A stretch of 64,000 nt of DNA from Candidatus Cloacimonadales bacterium (GTDB taxonomy: Bacteria > Cloacimonadota > Cloacimonadia > Cloacimonadales > JAFGVF01): assembly GCA_963662585.1 (NCBI GenBank), contig OY759729.1, positions 640,001-704,000 of the forward strand. Direction: 5' to 3'. The stretch's first letter is position 1. Every line of letters begins with the position of its first letter. The notes beneath the pieces are model-generated. The model did no database searches. It worked only from the letters and a program-made list of their open reading frames with translations, and was not told where the DNA came from. Both the position numbers and the translations under genes were made by a program. Shown piece after piece: positions 13,295-23,895 of this stretch.

Positions 13295-14064
13295 TCTATC
13301 TCCTCTAACATAGGGGGCATAACTCTTTTAAACTTGGATTTATTATATAAATTTTTAACAATCAATAAATCTTGAGGGCTTATCCCTTGATCTAAAATTA
13401 AATCATCAGCCAATCCAAGCTCATATTTAAGAAATAAAATCTCATCTAATTGAAGATAGGAAATACCCATCTCCTGTTCATCTGTTTGATCAGACCATAA
13501 ATCAGCTGTAGGTTTTTTGTTGATAACAACTTCAGGGACTCCTAAAATTCTTGACATTTCCCAAACTTCACTTTTATAAAGATGTCCTAAAGGCTCGAAA
13601 GCACATGCTGAATCACCATATTGAGTGCAATATCCTGTCAACAATTCAGATTTATTACCAGTACCTACCACTAAAGCATGATATTTAGCAGAGAAATCAT
13701 AAAGAACTATCATTCTCATTCTGGCCATGCAATTCCCTTTTCTTAAGGAATCAGCATCCTCATCATAATTAGTAAAATAAGCATCAACCATAGGAGTTAT
13801 ATCTACTTTATGATACTTAATACCAAAATGGTCAGCGACAATCTTTGCATCATTAAAACTAGCTTCAGAACTAGCTTTATATGGTAACATCACTCCAAGA
13901 ACATTCTCTTTTCCAATAGCTTTCACAGCTAAAGCAGCAGATAGTGCTGAATCAATTCCACCTGATAAGCCTATAATTAATTTTGACTGCCCACTTTTTT
14001 TCAAAATGTCTTTAATAAAATCAACTGTTCTTATAATCTCTAGATTTAAATCTCTATTTCTCAT
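13291..14064 (-). CDS. nadE: NH3-dependent NAD+ synthetase
   Basis: GLSGGIDSA, N.MARMRM, GTGNKSE, YGD and PTADL motifs. Confidence 0.96.
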   Translation of the reverse strand: MRNRDLNLEIIRTVDFIKDILKKSGQSKLIIGLSGGIDSALSAALAVKAIGKENVLGVMLPYKASSEASFNDAKIVADHFGIKYHKVDITPMVDAYFTNYDEDADSLRKGNCMARMRMIVLYDFSAKYHALVVGTGNKSELLTGYCTQYGDSACAFEPLGHLYKSEVWEMSRILGVPEVVINKKPTADLWSDQTDEQEMGISYLQLDEILFLKYELGLADDLILDQGISPQDLLIVKNLYNKSKFKRVMPPMLEEID

Positions 14065-14131
14065 TATTTCTCCAATAAAAAAGATGTTTTACTCTTGAAT
14101 CTCAAAAATAAAACATCTTGCATTAAATTAT

Positions 14132-14362
14132 TTATCTTACTTGAACTACTTCTTTTACTTCTGGTATCTCGTCTTTAAGAACTCTTTCAATACCGGCCTT
14201 TAAAGTTAATGTAGCCATAGGACAGCTTCCACAAGCACCCTGTAATCTAACTTCAATTACATTATCTTCACGGATATTAACTAATTCGCAATCTCCGCCA
14301 TCTGCCTGTAAGGAAGGTCTTACCATATCAAGAACTTCTTGTACTCTTTTCTTATCTAACAT
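14132..14362 (-). CDS. NifU/NfuA-family Fe-S carrier
   Basis: [11 protein letters not shown] and GACGSCP motifs. Confidence 0.93.
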   Translation of the reverse strand: MLDKKRVQEVLDMVRPSLQADGGDCELVNIREDNVIEVRLQGACGSCPMATLTLKAGIERVLKDEIPEVKEVVQVR

Positions 14363-14499
14363 CGTTCCTCCACTTTATTATTTATTATTTGTTTTATCTA
14401 ATTATAGTCAAGACCAATTATTTGACCACATTTATTTAGTCAATATTTATTAAACCTAAACAGTGCTGAAGACTTTCACGATTAGAATTGGTAGTTATA

Positions 14500-15408
14500 T
14501 TAAGCGTGCTTCTTGCTTATGTTAATAATTGCTAGAACCATCACAGCTGCACTAATCATTTGAATTACTGATAGTTTATTCCCATTAATAAGATAATCAA
14601 AAGCTATAGAAGAGATTGGGAAAAGAAGTTCAGCAATTGTTGAAACAATAGCTTTAACTCTCTTTAATCCATAATTATATAAGAAAATAGAGCCAGCCCC
14701 AGCAGTCAAAGAAATTAAAAAGAAGTAGAGCCAGTTTATCTTCGTAGCTATATGAACATAAGAAAACCTACCTGTTGAAAAGACGAAAATACCTACAAAG
14801 AGACTTGTGAAGAAATATCTAAAATAGGTTACTTCCTTAAAATTTAGATTTATGAGTGACTTCTTGCTAAAGACTGTCCCAGCTCCAAAGGAGAAGGCTG
14901 CCAATAAAGAATATAAAGATGCTTGAATAAGATTTGCTTGCTCTGATAACTTGGGTAGATGATTCTCGAAAGTTAAGAAATATCCGCCCAAAATGGCTAT
15001 TAATGCCCAAATCCAGAATCTTTTGTCCGGCTTCTCTTTAAGAAATATCATAGCTAAAATGATAGCAAACAAAGGTTGAAGTTTCTGAAGTATAACTATT
15101 ACTGAGAGATGATCAAACCTAACTAAAAATAAAGCTTTTACTATAGCTATTGTACCTAATGCTCCCCCAAAGAAAGATAAGGTCCATAAACTTAATACAT
15201 CTCGAAACTTATAGTTAAAGAAGTTTTTCCAATAACTTATAAAAATTGGAGTTAAAATAATTGTTGGTATTGCATGTAAAACAAAAACAACAAATGGTAC
15301 ATCTAAATTAAAGAGCTTTGGAGTTAGAGCTATTCCATCTAATCCCCAAGCTATGGCGGCAATTGAAATGGCAATAACGCCTAATATTTCAGGTTTAAAA
15401 AGTTTCAT
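14500..15408 (-). CDS. DMT/EamA family transporter
   Basis: About 10 TM segments in two EamA-like halves; 'P.FAIILAMIFLKEK'. Confidence 0.85.
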   Translation of the reverse strand: MKLFKPEILGVIAISIAAIAWGLDGIALTPKLFNLDVPFVVFVLHAIPTIILTPIFISYWKNFFNYKFRDVLSLWTLSFFGGALGTIAIVKALFLVRFDHLSVIVILQKLQPLFAIILAMIFLKEKPDKRFWIWALIAILGGYFLTFENHLPKLSEQANLIQASLYSLLAAFSFGAGTVFSKKSLINLNFKEVTYFRYFFTSLFVGIFVFSTGRFSYVHIATKINWLYFFLISLTAGAGSIFLYNYGLKRVKAIVSTIAELLFPISSIAFDYLINGNKLSVIQMISAAVMVLAIINISKKHA

Positions 15409-15515
15409 GGTTTTCCTTCGAAGTTTTAAATATATTTATCTTAAAGTTTAATTTTATAGAAGTATTAGCATATATCACTTATATGGGAATTAACAACAAA
15501 TTAATTATTTAATAA

Positions 15516-16145
15516 TTATTTTAGTATTTCGTGAATAAGTTTATACATTGTAGTCCATACTTCGTTACTGTTACTATTTAAATGGCGTAAATGCTGTTCT
15601 TCTGCTAAGGCAGTAGCTTTCTTTAGACTCCTCATAGGATTATCAATTGGTCTTTTCTTTTTATATTGAGGGTCATACCTTTTCAATATTGTGATTATAC
15701 TGTCGCATGTTTCCTTTTCTCCAAATTCAATTTCAGTTAGTGATTCTAAATAATGAAGGAGTATCCACACTTCAAAACAAGGAGAACTGATTATCAAGTT
15801 AATTCCACTTGAGTCAAACTTTTCCATTATTGGATCTAGATCACCCCATTCATTATCAATTACAGCCCAAAAAGAATCTATCGAGCGATATTCTAAAGTT
15901 CTCTTTTTGTCAATAATGCTTTTAAGCACATGTATAGGAGCTGAGTTACCTTTTTCATTAGCTTTCCTGGTAACTATCTCAAATGGATGAACCTTAGTAA
16001 CATTAGATTTCAACTTATCAAAATACTTCTTTTCTGTTTTATGACCTTCACAAGCAATGTAAAAAAATTTACGAAAATCCTTATCTTTTTCATAACTGAA
16101 CATATTTTCTACGCTAAGAATTGGCCTTTGGGGTACCATAATCAC
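15516..16145 (-). CDS. RloB-family (AbiLii-like, TOPRIM-type) protein
   Basis: 'IACEG.KTEKKYF', 'WAVID' and 'SSPCFEVWILLHY' are characteristic RloB motifs. Confidence 0.85.
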   Translation of the reverse strand: MIMVPQRPILSVENMFSYEKDKDFRKFFYIACEGHKTEKKYFDKLKSNVTKVHPFEIVTRKANEKGNSAPIHVLKSIIDKKRTLEYRSIDSFWAVIDNEWGDLDPIMEKFDSSGINLIISSPCFEVWILLHYLESLTEIEFGEKETCDSIITILKRYDPQYKKKRPIDNPMRSLKKATALAEEQHLRHLNSNSNEVWTTMYKLIHEILK

Positions 16146-17467
16146 CTACCAGTTACATTAAAAATTGGTACTGCATCAAATCTACCATTAAGATAGTCAT
16201 TGATGATTTTTTTGTCGTACCTTTGTTTAAACTGATAAAGACAATAAAATTCAGATGCTTTATGTTCATTTTTTCTCACATACCAGATTTCATCATCACG
16301 AAATTGTTCTAAATCCATGAGATTAGTATCATGTGTAGTTGCGATTAACTGACATGCTCTACCTTCTGTAATTTTGTAAAATAATTCAAAAAGTTTTTTG
16401 GTTAACAAAGTATGAAAACTTCGATCAATCTCATCTACAATATAAATAGCCTTGTTTTCTTTCATATCAATAAGCATTGGAACCAAATCTAAAAGCCTTC
16501 TTGTTCCATCAGACTCTTCTGACAAATCAAACTTAATCTCATCATCAGTATAACTTTTTCTACATAACATTAACTTGTTTATGTCAATCTTTCCATCTTT
16601 TAAAGAGATGGTAAAGTACTCTGAATTTGAAATTCTTACTAATGATGAAGTATTTTGCTTTAGGTTTTTCTTAATATCATCAATGAATTCTTTAAGAATC
16701 AATCCATTACTACTATCCAAGGAGATTGGGATATTCTTAAAACATTCAATATCTATACCTAATTCATTTAGAATCTGAACAAAGTCATTTAGAAATTGTT
16801 CATTCCTCATAATAGGTAAAGGATTAAATATTTTGGTAGAAGGATAGATAACTTTTATATTTTTGAACCAATTAATTACATTCTTAATATCAGAATGAAG
16901 GTTTTTAACAGGACTTTTGGATAATGTAGTAAGCAATAATTGATTATCCATAGTTGCTTTAGTAGAAAATTTCATAAATTCTTTTTCTTCTACATTTTTA
17001 TTTATAACTTTGCCATAATCATAGTTCCGCGAATCAAAATTTGACTGTTCCATACCAAATATTAAATCTGATTTCTTATCTATAATTCTATAACACCATT
17101 CATCTAAAATTCTAACATTATTAACCTCAAAACCATAAGTATAATAATTACTATTAATATAAAAAGTAAACTCAAATAATGTGGAATCTTTCTTTTCTTC
17201 GTTCAGCTTAAATTTTGGAATATCTATAAATTCTTCATTTTGTGGACCCTTGATGATAAAAGAAGTAGCAGTATCAATTGCTCTAACCAAACTTGTTTTA
17301 CCAGCAGCATTTGCACCATATATAATTGCAGATTTGACTATTTGTGGCTTCTTTCTACCGTTCGAAAACACATGATTAGGTAAGCTTCGTGTAGGACTTT
17401 TGAATAGTGAGAATCTTATTTGATTATCAAAACTTAGAAAATTACTACAAACAAAATTAATTAGCAT
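16142..17467 (-). CDS. AAA_21/ABC-type ATPase (RloA/AbiLi-like)
   Basis: NFLSF, IYGANAAGKT (Walker A), ESDGTRR, IVDEIDRSFH, QLIATTHD, RDDEIWYV and YLNGRFDAVP; ATGA-coupled to rloB. Confidence 0.9.
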   Translation of the reverse strand: MLINFVCSNFLSFDNQIRFSLFKSPTRSLPNHVFSNGRKKPQIVKSAIIYGANAAGKTSLVRAIDTATSFIIKGPQNEEFIDIPKFKLNEEKKDSTLFEFTFYINSNYYTYGFEVNNVRILDEWCYRIIDKKSDLIFGMEQSNFDSRNYDYGKVINKNVEEKEFMKFSTKATMDNQLLLTTLSKSPVKNLHSDIKNVINWFKNIKVIYPSTKIFNPLPIMRNEQFLNDFVQILNELGIDIECFKNIPISLDSSNGLILKEFIDDIKKNLKQNTSSLVRISNSEYFTISLKDGKIDINKLMLCRKSYTDDEIKFDLSEESDGTRRLLDLVPMLIDMKENKAIYIVDEIDRSFHTLLTKKLFELFYKITEGRACQLIATTHDTNLMDLEQFRDDEIWYVRKNEHKASEFYCLYQFKQRYDKKIINDYLNGRFDAVPIFNVTGR

Positions 17468-17518
17468 TTCAACTCCTTTTTATAATCATCTTCTATGATT
17501 GAGATATTGTGTCAAGAT

Positions 17519-17556
17519 AAAAAAAGCATTTAATGAGATTTTTTCTCATTAAATGC
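17519..17556 (-). terminator. Intrinsic terminator of the EPS operon
   Basis: 13-bp perfect stem GCATTTAATGAGA/TCTCATTAAATGC followed by T7 on the minus strand, just after the flippase stop. Confidence 0.75.
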
Positions 17557-17592
17557 CTGCATCCCCTTTATTAAAAATTATTATAGCTTAAA

Positions 17593-19188
17593 TTACACTT
17601 TTCTTAACTTTAGTTTTGTGGCAATAAATTCTTTGATTTGCTTCTTTTCCCATCCTTCAAAACCAATTAAGTAGAATATTGCAACATAAACAATTACTGA
17701 TATGGTTGAACTTAACAAGATTATCCAAATATTAACTGGTTCCACAAGGATATAGAGAGAAACTGCCACAGCTATATAAGCAATTGCAGCAATCTTAGTT
17801 TTTAGTATTGATATTTTAAGGAAATTCCACAAGGAAGTCTCGCAGAATTTAACTGCGATAGGTAGATTGAAAGTTATAGCAAGTATAATGTTCGGAATCA
17901 AGGTTCCTAGGGCAACACCAATAATTTCACCGTTAACAGGTAGTGCATAGCCAAAATAGGCAGTAATTGGTCGTAAATAGTGAATCAAAAAGACACTAAG
18001 GACCAAGTTAGCTACGCATTCAATTAAGGCTATCTTGGTCAGTTTTTTCTGTTCATTAGCCATTAACAACATATAAACCGATGTTGAACGATAAAAGAGG
18101 AGAACATACATTGAAATTAATAAAATAACAGCAACTATTACTCCGGTAATATCTTCCAATTCTAACCAAATTTTAAGAAGTGGTTTAACAAAAACTAAAA
18201 GTGGTATTAAGAAAAGCGTTGAAACAAAGCCCATTAAACGAGTAGATTGGATCATGATTTCAGCCATTTTACTCTTGTTTCCTGCTGCAAAAAGGGTAGC
18301 AGAAACAGGACCTAGATTATCCAAGAATTGCTTTGAGAAAGTTCTGAATGTTTCAGCTAATCTAGAAGAAATCTGATATATTGAGACTAAAGCCACAGAT
18401 CCAAAGATTGAAATTACTAACTGGTCTGTTTTGAAGATAATTAAATTTGTAAATGTTATTAGATAAGCATACATAGAGAAACCCATTACTGATTTCAGCA
18501 TTTTCCTATCATAATATCTCCATCTTATTTTTAACTCAGGGATTAGTCTATGAGAAATAAATCCCATTAGAATACTAGAAATAAAATTTGTACCAATAGC
18601 AACTAATGCCATCCAAACAAGAGGTTTATCTAATTTGAAGAAGTAAACAATAAGAATCATTCCTGCAAAATTTAGAATAGAAACTATTATTTCCACTATG
18701 TTTCTAAGGTGCAAAGCCTGCATTCCTCTCAGGATTTCGGTAAAGAATCCTATGGGAAATACTATCGAAGAACCTATTCCAAAAACTAAAAGAGCTTTTT
18801 TGTAGTATTCAATATTTGCCTCATCAAAGGAGAAAATATGCTGAATATTAAAAGCTAAAATTACTGAAACAAGCATTATAATTACAGAAACAAAGGTATA
18901 ATTAAAAAATACTGTGCTAACAATACGATTGAATTTATCCCAATCTTTAGTTACGATACTTTCAGAAGTATATTTCTGAATGGAAGCACCAAACCCGAAA
19001 TCTAATAAAAGAGAGTAACCAAATATTGACCATAAGAGTGCCCAAAATCCGTAATCTGAGCGACTGAGTCCTAAGAAAAGAACCCTTGTTAAAAAGATCG
19101 TTATCATCATTCCTATAACTAATTTACCGTAATTAGATAGAGTATTAACGATCATTCTTTTTCTTAAATTCAAATTATTATCTGTCAT
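17593..19188 (-). CDS. Wzx-type oligosaccharide flippase
   Basis: About 12-14 TM segments; 'YGFWAL....LLDFGFG' and 'KTDQLVIS' MOP-family motifs; EPS context. Confidence 0.85.
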   Translation of the reverse strand: MTDNNLNLRKRMIVNTLSNYGKLVIGMMITIFLTRVLFLGLSRSDYGFWALLWSIFGYSLLLDFGFGASIQKYTSESIVTKDWDKFNRIVSTVFFNYTFVSVIIMLVSVILAFNIQHIFSFDEANIEYYKKALLVFGIGSSIVFPIGFFTEILRGMQALHLRNIVEIIVSILNFAGMILIVYFFKLDKPLVWMALVAIGTNFISSILMGFISHRLIPELKIRWRYYDRKMLKSVMGFSMYAYLITFTNLIIFKTDQLVISIFGSVALVSIYQISSRLAETFRTFSKQFLDNLGPVSATLFAAGNKSKMAEIMIQSTRLMGFVSTLFLIPLLVFVKPLLKIWLELEDITGVIVAVILLISMYVLLFYRSTSVYMLLMANEQKKLTKIALIECVANLVLSVFLIHYLRPITAYFGYALPVNGEIIGVALGTLIPNIILAITFNLPIAVKFCETSLWNFLKISILKTKIAAIAYIAVAVSLYILVEPVNIWIILLSSTISVIVYVAIFYLIGFEGWEKKQIKEFIATKLKLRKV

Positions 19189-19190
19189 TA

Positions 19191-20000
19191 TTAATCCATA
19201 TCCTCATATTGCCTTTTCATTTTTTCAAAATCATTTCTATTAACATAGAGATTAAATATCACAGTTCTACTTTCTTGGTAAGACATCTCATTCTCTTCAT
19301 TATCGTAGATATAAGTTCTTCCAACCCCTCTAGTATACATTCTATCTGGGGATATTCCTAACTTAATTAAGAAATCTGCTACAGCTCTACTTCTATTAAG
19401 AGAGAGTGTTACATTATATTTATCCCCACCCCTTACATCAGCAGCACCTAAGATATCTACGAATATTTCACGATTAGCCTTGAGGAATTGAGCAAGATTT
19501 CTTAGCTTATAGGAATCTGGTTGATTTATTTCCACCATATCAAAATCAAAATAGATAGTAGGGGTAGTATAGTAGGATATTCTATCCACATAAAGAGTAT
19601 CGTATTTTACTACTTCTGTAGGTGGTCTCTTGGCTGGAGGTTTAATTCTATCATCTTTGGTTTCAAAAACAAAATTTGGCTTTTCGTTCATATAAATTGT
19701 CATAGTTTTTGGAATAGGAGGAACTCTGACAAATATGTTCTGAGTAAATTGGTTTGGATAAAGTGGAACAGCCTTGATATTAATCAGTCTATCTTCAGAA
19801 TAGAAGAGAGAAGTTTTAAAAGGGGTCTCTCCAACTTGGCGTCCGTTAATATAAACCATAGCTTCAGTAGGTTCTGACCGGATGAGAATCTTTTCTTCAA
19901 AAATACCTTCGGGGATGTAAATAGACTTCTTGTAAGGTGTGCAACCTACAACTAAAGTAAGGAAAATTATAAAAAAAATCAATTTAAAAGCTTTAATCAT
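19191..20000 (-). CDS. Lipoprotein with PEGA and OmpA-like domains
   Basis: Lipobox VVGC; 'IRSEPTEAMVYING..VGETP' (PEGA); 'IYFDFD...YN.TLS..RS.AV..FL' (OmpA C-terminal). Confidence 0.85.
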   Translation of the reverse strand: MIKAFKLIFFIIFLTLVVGCTPYKKSIYIPEGIFEEKILIRSEPTEAMVYINGRQVGETPFKTSLFYSEDRLINIKAVPLYPNQFTQNIFVRVPPIPKTMTIYMNEKPNFVFETKDDRIKPPAKRPPTEVVKYDTLYVDRISYYTTPTIYFDFDMVEINQPDSYKLRNLAQFLKANREIFVDILGAADVRGGDKYNVTLSLNRSRAVADFLIKLGISPDRMYTRGVGRTYIYDNEENEMSYQESRTVIFNLYVNRNDFEKMKRQYEDMD

Positions 20001-20007
20001 TAAGACC

Positions 20008-21156
20008 TCATTTTGAGTAGTAAATTTCTTTAATTATTTCGTGTCGTTGTTTATTAATAAGTTTAATATCATATTTATTTTTAACAGTTTCTAAGGCATT
20101 TTCAGACATTTTAATCAATAATGAGTAATCTGACAATAAAAGTTTTAAGTTATTTTCCCAGCACTTTAAATCTTCAGGAGAGCACTTAAATCCATTATAG
20201 CCATTTTGCACTATATCATTAGGACCATATCTATCAACAGTAACAACAGGTAAGCCATAAGCCATAGCTTCAATTGCCACTCTACCAAAACCTTCCATAG
20301 CTAAAGTAGGAAATAAGAAAAGATCATGAGATTGATAGGCCTCATCTAATGGATAAAGCTTACCCTTGAAAAAAACTCTTTCTTTTAAAGAATTTTCAGT
20401 AATTAGAGCTTTTATTTTCTTAAGATAATCCTCATCACCATCTCCATATATATCTAAGGTCCAGTTTCGTTCTACTAATTTTATCAAAATATTAATAATA
20501 AATTCTAATCCCTTCAAGGGCTCAATTCTTCCAGCGAACATTAACTTTATATTTTTTGGATTAGGATTAATATTAACATTTTCCTGCACCAAAACTCCTC
20601 TTGGGATTGTAAAAATGCTTTTGGAAGCAAATTTATCTTGGAATATAGGCTTCATCCATTCAGATAAAATTATTACGGGGTCTATTCTCATTTTTGAATC
20701 CAGGAAGTTTGGTAGTATTCTTTTCACAAATGATTTAGTTTTTGCTTTAAATCCTTCTCTATAATACTTGAGGGGCCACACATCACCGATATCAAATACA
20801 TGAGGGATATTCTTCTTCTTTACTGCCCAATAAGGACCAAGTGATATGTATTGTTGGTTCCAGAAATAGACCAGATCCGGTTGGAATTTATCTAAAACTC
20901 TTTGAGTAATGGCATAATTATCCTTCTCTACATTGCTTTTATTCCAATAATCATTACTCAAATAATCAATATATTTTAGTCTCCTAAATACTCGATATTT
21001 TTTTCTACCCTCACTTTTTTCCTTAAGATAGTCTCCACATAAAACAAGAATCTCTTCTCCTTGTTCATATAAATAGTTTGTGACATCCTGACAGGAAAGT
21101 TCATAACCGCCTTTAAAATGAGGTGGAAAATAATTTGAGATAATTAGTATTTTCAT
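20008..21156 (-). CDS. Glycosyltransferase family 4
   Basis: 'FPPHFKGGYE', 'FAGRIEPLKG' and 'EGFGRVAIEAMAYGLPVV'. Confidence 0.92.
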   Translation of the reverse strand: MKILIISNYFPPHFKGGYELSCQDVTNYLYEQGEEILVLCGDYLKEKSEGRKKYRVFRRLKYIDYLSNDYWNKSNVEKDNYAITQRVLDKFQPDLVYFWNQQYISLGPYWAVKKKNIPHVFDIGDVWPLKYYREGFKAKTKSFVKRILPNFLDSKMRIDPVIILSEWMKPIFQDKFASKSIFTIPRGVLVQENVNINPNPKNIKLMFAGRIEPLKGLEFIINILIKLVERNWTLDIYGDGDEDYLKKIKALITENSLKERVFFKGKLYPLDEAYQSHDLFLFPTLAMEGFGRVAIEAMAYGLPVVTVDRYGPNDIVQNGYNGFKCSPEDLKCWENNLKLLLSDYSLLIKMSENALETVKNKYDIKLINKQRHEIIKEIYYSK

Positions 21157-21158
21157 AC

Positions 21159-22127
21159 TTAGCTTCTCACTTTTCTATGATAGCCATGTAGTGTTGTGGA
21201 AACTTTATATTTTAGAGTATTATAACTATGTCTAAGATTTGCTCTTAAAATCTCTTTTGTCTTATTTTTCCTTTCAAATGAAGGTGGTATCGGTGGAGTC
21301 TTATAACCATTACTTTGGCACCATTCAATAATTTCCAAGGTTAGATCATAATGGAGAAGACCACGAGTTGTCCAGTGTCTCCATGGCTTAGGGTTTAATC
21401 CAAAATGAACAAGAAGTTTATTAGAGTCTTTATCAAATTGATATTCTCTAACATTAGGAGCAGTACTGGAATAGGCCATTAAAGAATTTAAGGCAGATTC
21501 ATCAGTCATAAAATATCCAACACTATTTTTATCATAGACTTGCAACTGATTATCAACAATTACCTTCTCCATATGGCTTTTCCATAATTTGATAAAATCT
21601 AGGTTCTTCTTGCTAACAACAAAGCAATTTGTTTCACATACAGTTGCTATTTGCGGTGAAGTTAAATCTCCAACATCCTCTTTCCATGTATTTAGAACTT
21701 TCTCTGGAATTAATCCCAGTTCATCATTCTTACCATAAAAATTACGATAGACCCCTGAGTTTTCTTCAAAAGATCTAAATCTAATTTGTATTTCATCATT
21801 TTCTACATGAAGAAAATCAGTTATATCTCCAGTGACAATACAATCAGAATCCATCCATGCAATTATATCTGTTTCGGCAGCAAATATCGCATGAGGCTTC
21901 ATTAAGCAGACACTTCTATCAGTCTCCCTACCACTAGTAGTAACTTGGGTATCAGGAAATTGTGTTAGTAGTTCTTTCTCTTCATCAGTAAGCATGATAC
22001 CTAGAACTTTCTTATAGCTTTTGACATTAAAGTAACATAAGGAAGCTACTAAAATATAAGCACCCCAAATATAATTACTATCACAAGCAGTTACTATTGT
22101 TTTATTATATTTCATAATTACTCCCAA
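21159..22127 (-). CDS. Putative GT-A fold glycosyltransferase (GT8-like)
   Basis: 'IVTACDSNY', DxD motif (WMDSDC), 'DESALN' and 'HF....KPW'. Confidence 0.6.
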   Translation of the reverse strand: MGVIMKYNKTIVTACDSNYIWGAYILVASLCYFNVKSYKKVLGIMLTDEEKELLTQFPDTQVTTSGRETDRSVCLMKPHAIFAAETDIIAWMDSDCIVTGDITDFLHVENDEIQIRFRSFEENSGVYRNFYGKNDELGLIPEKVLNTWKEDVGDLTSPQIATVCETNCFVVSKKNLDFIKLWKSHMEKVIVDNQLQVYDKNSVGYFMTDESALNSLMAYSSTAPNVREYQFDKDSNKLLVHFGLNPKPWRHWTTRGLLHYDLTLEIIEWCQSNGYKTPPIPPSFERKNKTKEILRANLRHSYNTLKYKVSTTLHGYHRKVRS

Positions 22128-22130
22128 AAA

Positions 22131-22541
22131 TTACTTTTTCCATGGGAAAAAATCTGCTAAATGTTTATCAGGAAAAATATCAATACCCACAACACTCTTC
22201 AAGGCGTATAGCAAGAATAATAACATAATTAGTATTGAAATTAGCATTATAATATAAGTAGTAGCCTTTGCCACTATACTTAATGATCTATCAACATCAC
22301 CTTTATCAAGTGATTTGAAGCCTTCTCTTGTATCTCTACCAAAAATAAAGACAACATACCATTGTTTAAAAAACCAGAAGGAAAACCTTATATCAATAAT
22401 ACCGATAGAAGGAACAGGAGGGAGCATCTTTTTTAATAAAGATTTAAGTTGATTTCTCTGTTCAATATTTAAATTTTCGGTAAATTTAGCACTTCCTATC
22501 TGTTTAAGATCTTTTTGTTGCTCTTCTTGGGGTGTTCTCAT
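22131..22541 (-). CDS. Small membrane protein of unknown function in the EPS operon
   Basis: C-terminal TM segment; ATGA-coupled to the upstream gene. Confidence 0.65.
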   Translation of the reverse strand: MRTPQEEQQKDLKQIGSAKFTENLNIEQRNQLKSLLKKMLPPVPSIGIIDIRFSFWFFKQWYVVFIFGRDTREGFKSLDKGDVDRSLSIVAKATTYIIMLISILIMLLFLLYALKSVVGIDIFPDKHLADFFPWKK

Positions 22542-23890
22542 CGTAATTCACCTCTTTTGACCTTGATATGGTATAATCTATCCATTGTGGCAATTAAGGC
22601 AAAAATTAGCATCAATTGATAGAAATTATTCGTTTGTTTTAGAACCCATTCTAAACCAGATTCAATATAAATAGCTAATAATCCTCCAGTCAAACCTATT
22701 GGCAAAAATTGAAGATCACTACCTTTGTACCTAAAAACATTGACTAGGTTCAAGAAATAATAATAGAAGAGAAAAACAAAGAAAGAAACTAGTGTGACCC
22801 AACCTGATTCGGCTGCAATCATTAGATATATAGTTTCTACTAGGCCATTCTTCTCTTCTTCATCCTCAGCATCATTCATTTCAATATGTGAACTATAGGG
22901 GTAGGGAGGATTAATTGCTCGTCCAAAGTTATTCAATCCAACACCCATATAGCCTAAATTTTTGTCTTTTGCCATTTTAACTGCAGCCTGGGCCAAAGCA
23001 ACTCTAACTAAAGCTGATTCTTCTGGTGCGGTTCTAAATCTTTCCGTAATGGAATCCCAGGCTTTAGCTAGCACTGCCAAACTCATGATTATCAGCAATG
23101 TCGTAATAACAATCTTTTTGGGATTAATACCATTAAGAAAAGATAGTCCTAAAACTATTATTATAGCAAATCCATAGAGGGCTAATCCAGCCCTGGAAAG
23201 GGTAGATATAATCGTAACTGATGCCATTCCAAAGACCATCAGCCACACAAGAAGTTTATCCATGGATAAATCTTTTTTATTGATTAAGTAAGAAAAGGCA
23301 ATAGAACCAAAAATAATCATATACATAACTAAAGAATTTTGATGTGGAAAAGGACCTGCTGTTTGAAATTTACCTTCTAGATATTTTTGTTTTATAACTT
23401 CATAAAAGACAAATATGGTAATAGCAGCAACACCTTTTAAAAAATCAAAATACTTCTTATCAGTATCTATATAGTTATAAACAGTCCAAAAATAAAAGTA
23501 CATTCTGACCATTTTCCAAACTTCAAACATTGAGAATAGGACAAAATCAGCATTAAGAATTGAAAGAAGGCTCAACCCGAAATAAACAAAATACCATTGA
23601 GCCCCTTTAGGAATCCTTCCCGTTGTTCCTTTTTTATGAAGAACAATTAGAAAGATAATCATAGTACAGATATCTACCATACCAATCTCGAAACCTTTAG
23701 AGGTTAGTCTTTCAGTCTCCCTGGAAACAAAGTTGATATCTTCCATTTTTGCAGTAAAAAAAACCATGAGAAAGAAAATTGCTCTTTCTACTTTATCATG
23801 CTTCAGGGCAAAAGAGTAGCCTAGGGGTACCCCTATGAGCATAACCGCAAAGAATATGATGTATTTAAAAGCGCTTAATGCTTCGGTCAT
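22538..23890 (-). CDS. O-antigen ligase / Wzy polymerase family protein
   Basis: Multi-TM; 'GPFPHQNSL', 'TLSRAG', 'GVGLNNF' and 'YL.IAAESG'. Confidence 0.85.
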   Translation of the reverse strand: MTEALSAFKYIIFFAVMLIGVPLGYSFALKHDKVERAIFFLMVFFTAKMEDINFVSRETERLTSKGFEIGMVDICTMIIFLIVLHKKGTTGRIPKGAQWYFVYFGLSLLSILNADFVLFSMFEVWKMVRMYFYFWTVYNYIDTDKKYFDFLKGVAAITIFVFYEVIKQKYLEGKFQTAGPFPHQNSLVMYMIIFGSIAFSYLINKKDLSMDKLLVWLMVFGMASVTIISTLSRAGLALYGFAIIIVLGLSFLNGINPKKIVITTLLIIMSLAVLAKAWDSITERFRTAPEESALVRVALAQAAVKMAKDKNLGYMGVGLNNFGRAINPPYPYSSHIEMNDAEDEEEKNGLVETIYLMIAAESGWVTLVSFFVFLFYYYFLNLVNVFRYKGSDLQFLPIGLTGGLLAIYIESGLEWVLKQTNNFYQLMLIFALIATMDRLYHIKVKRGELR

Positions 23891-23895
23891 GAAAC

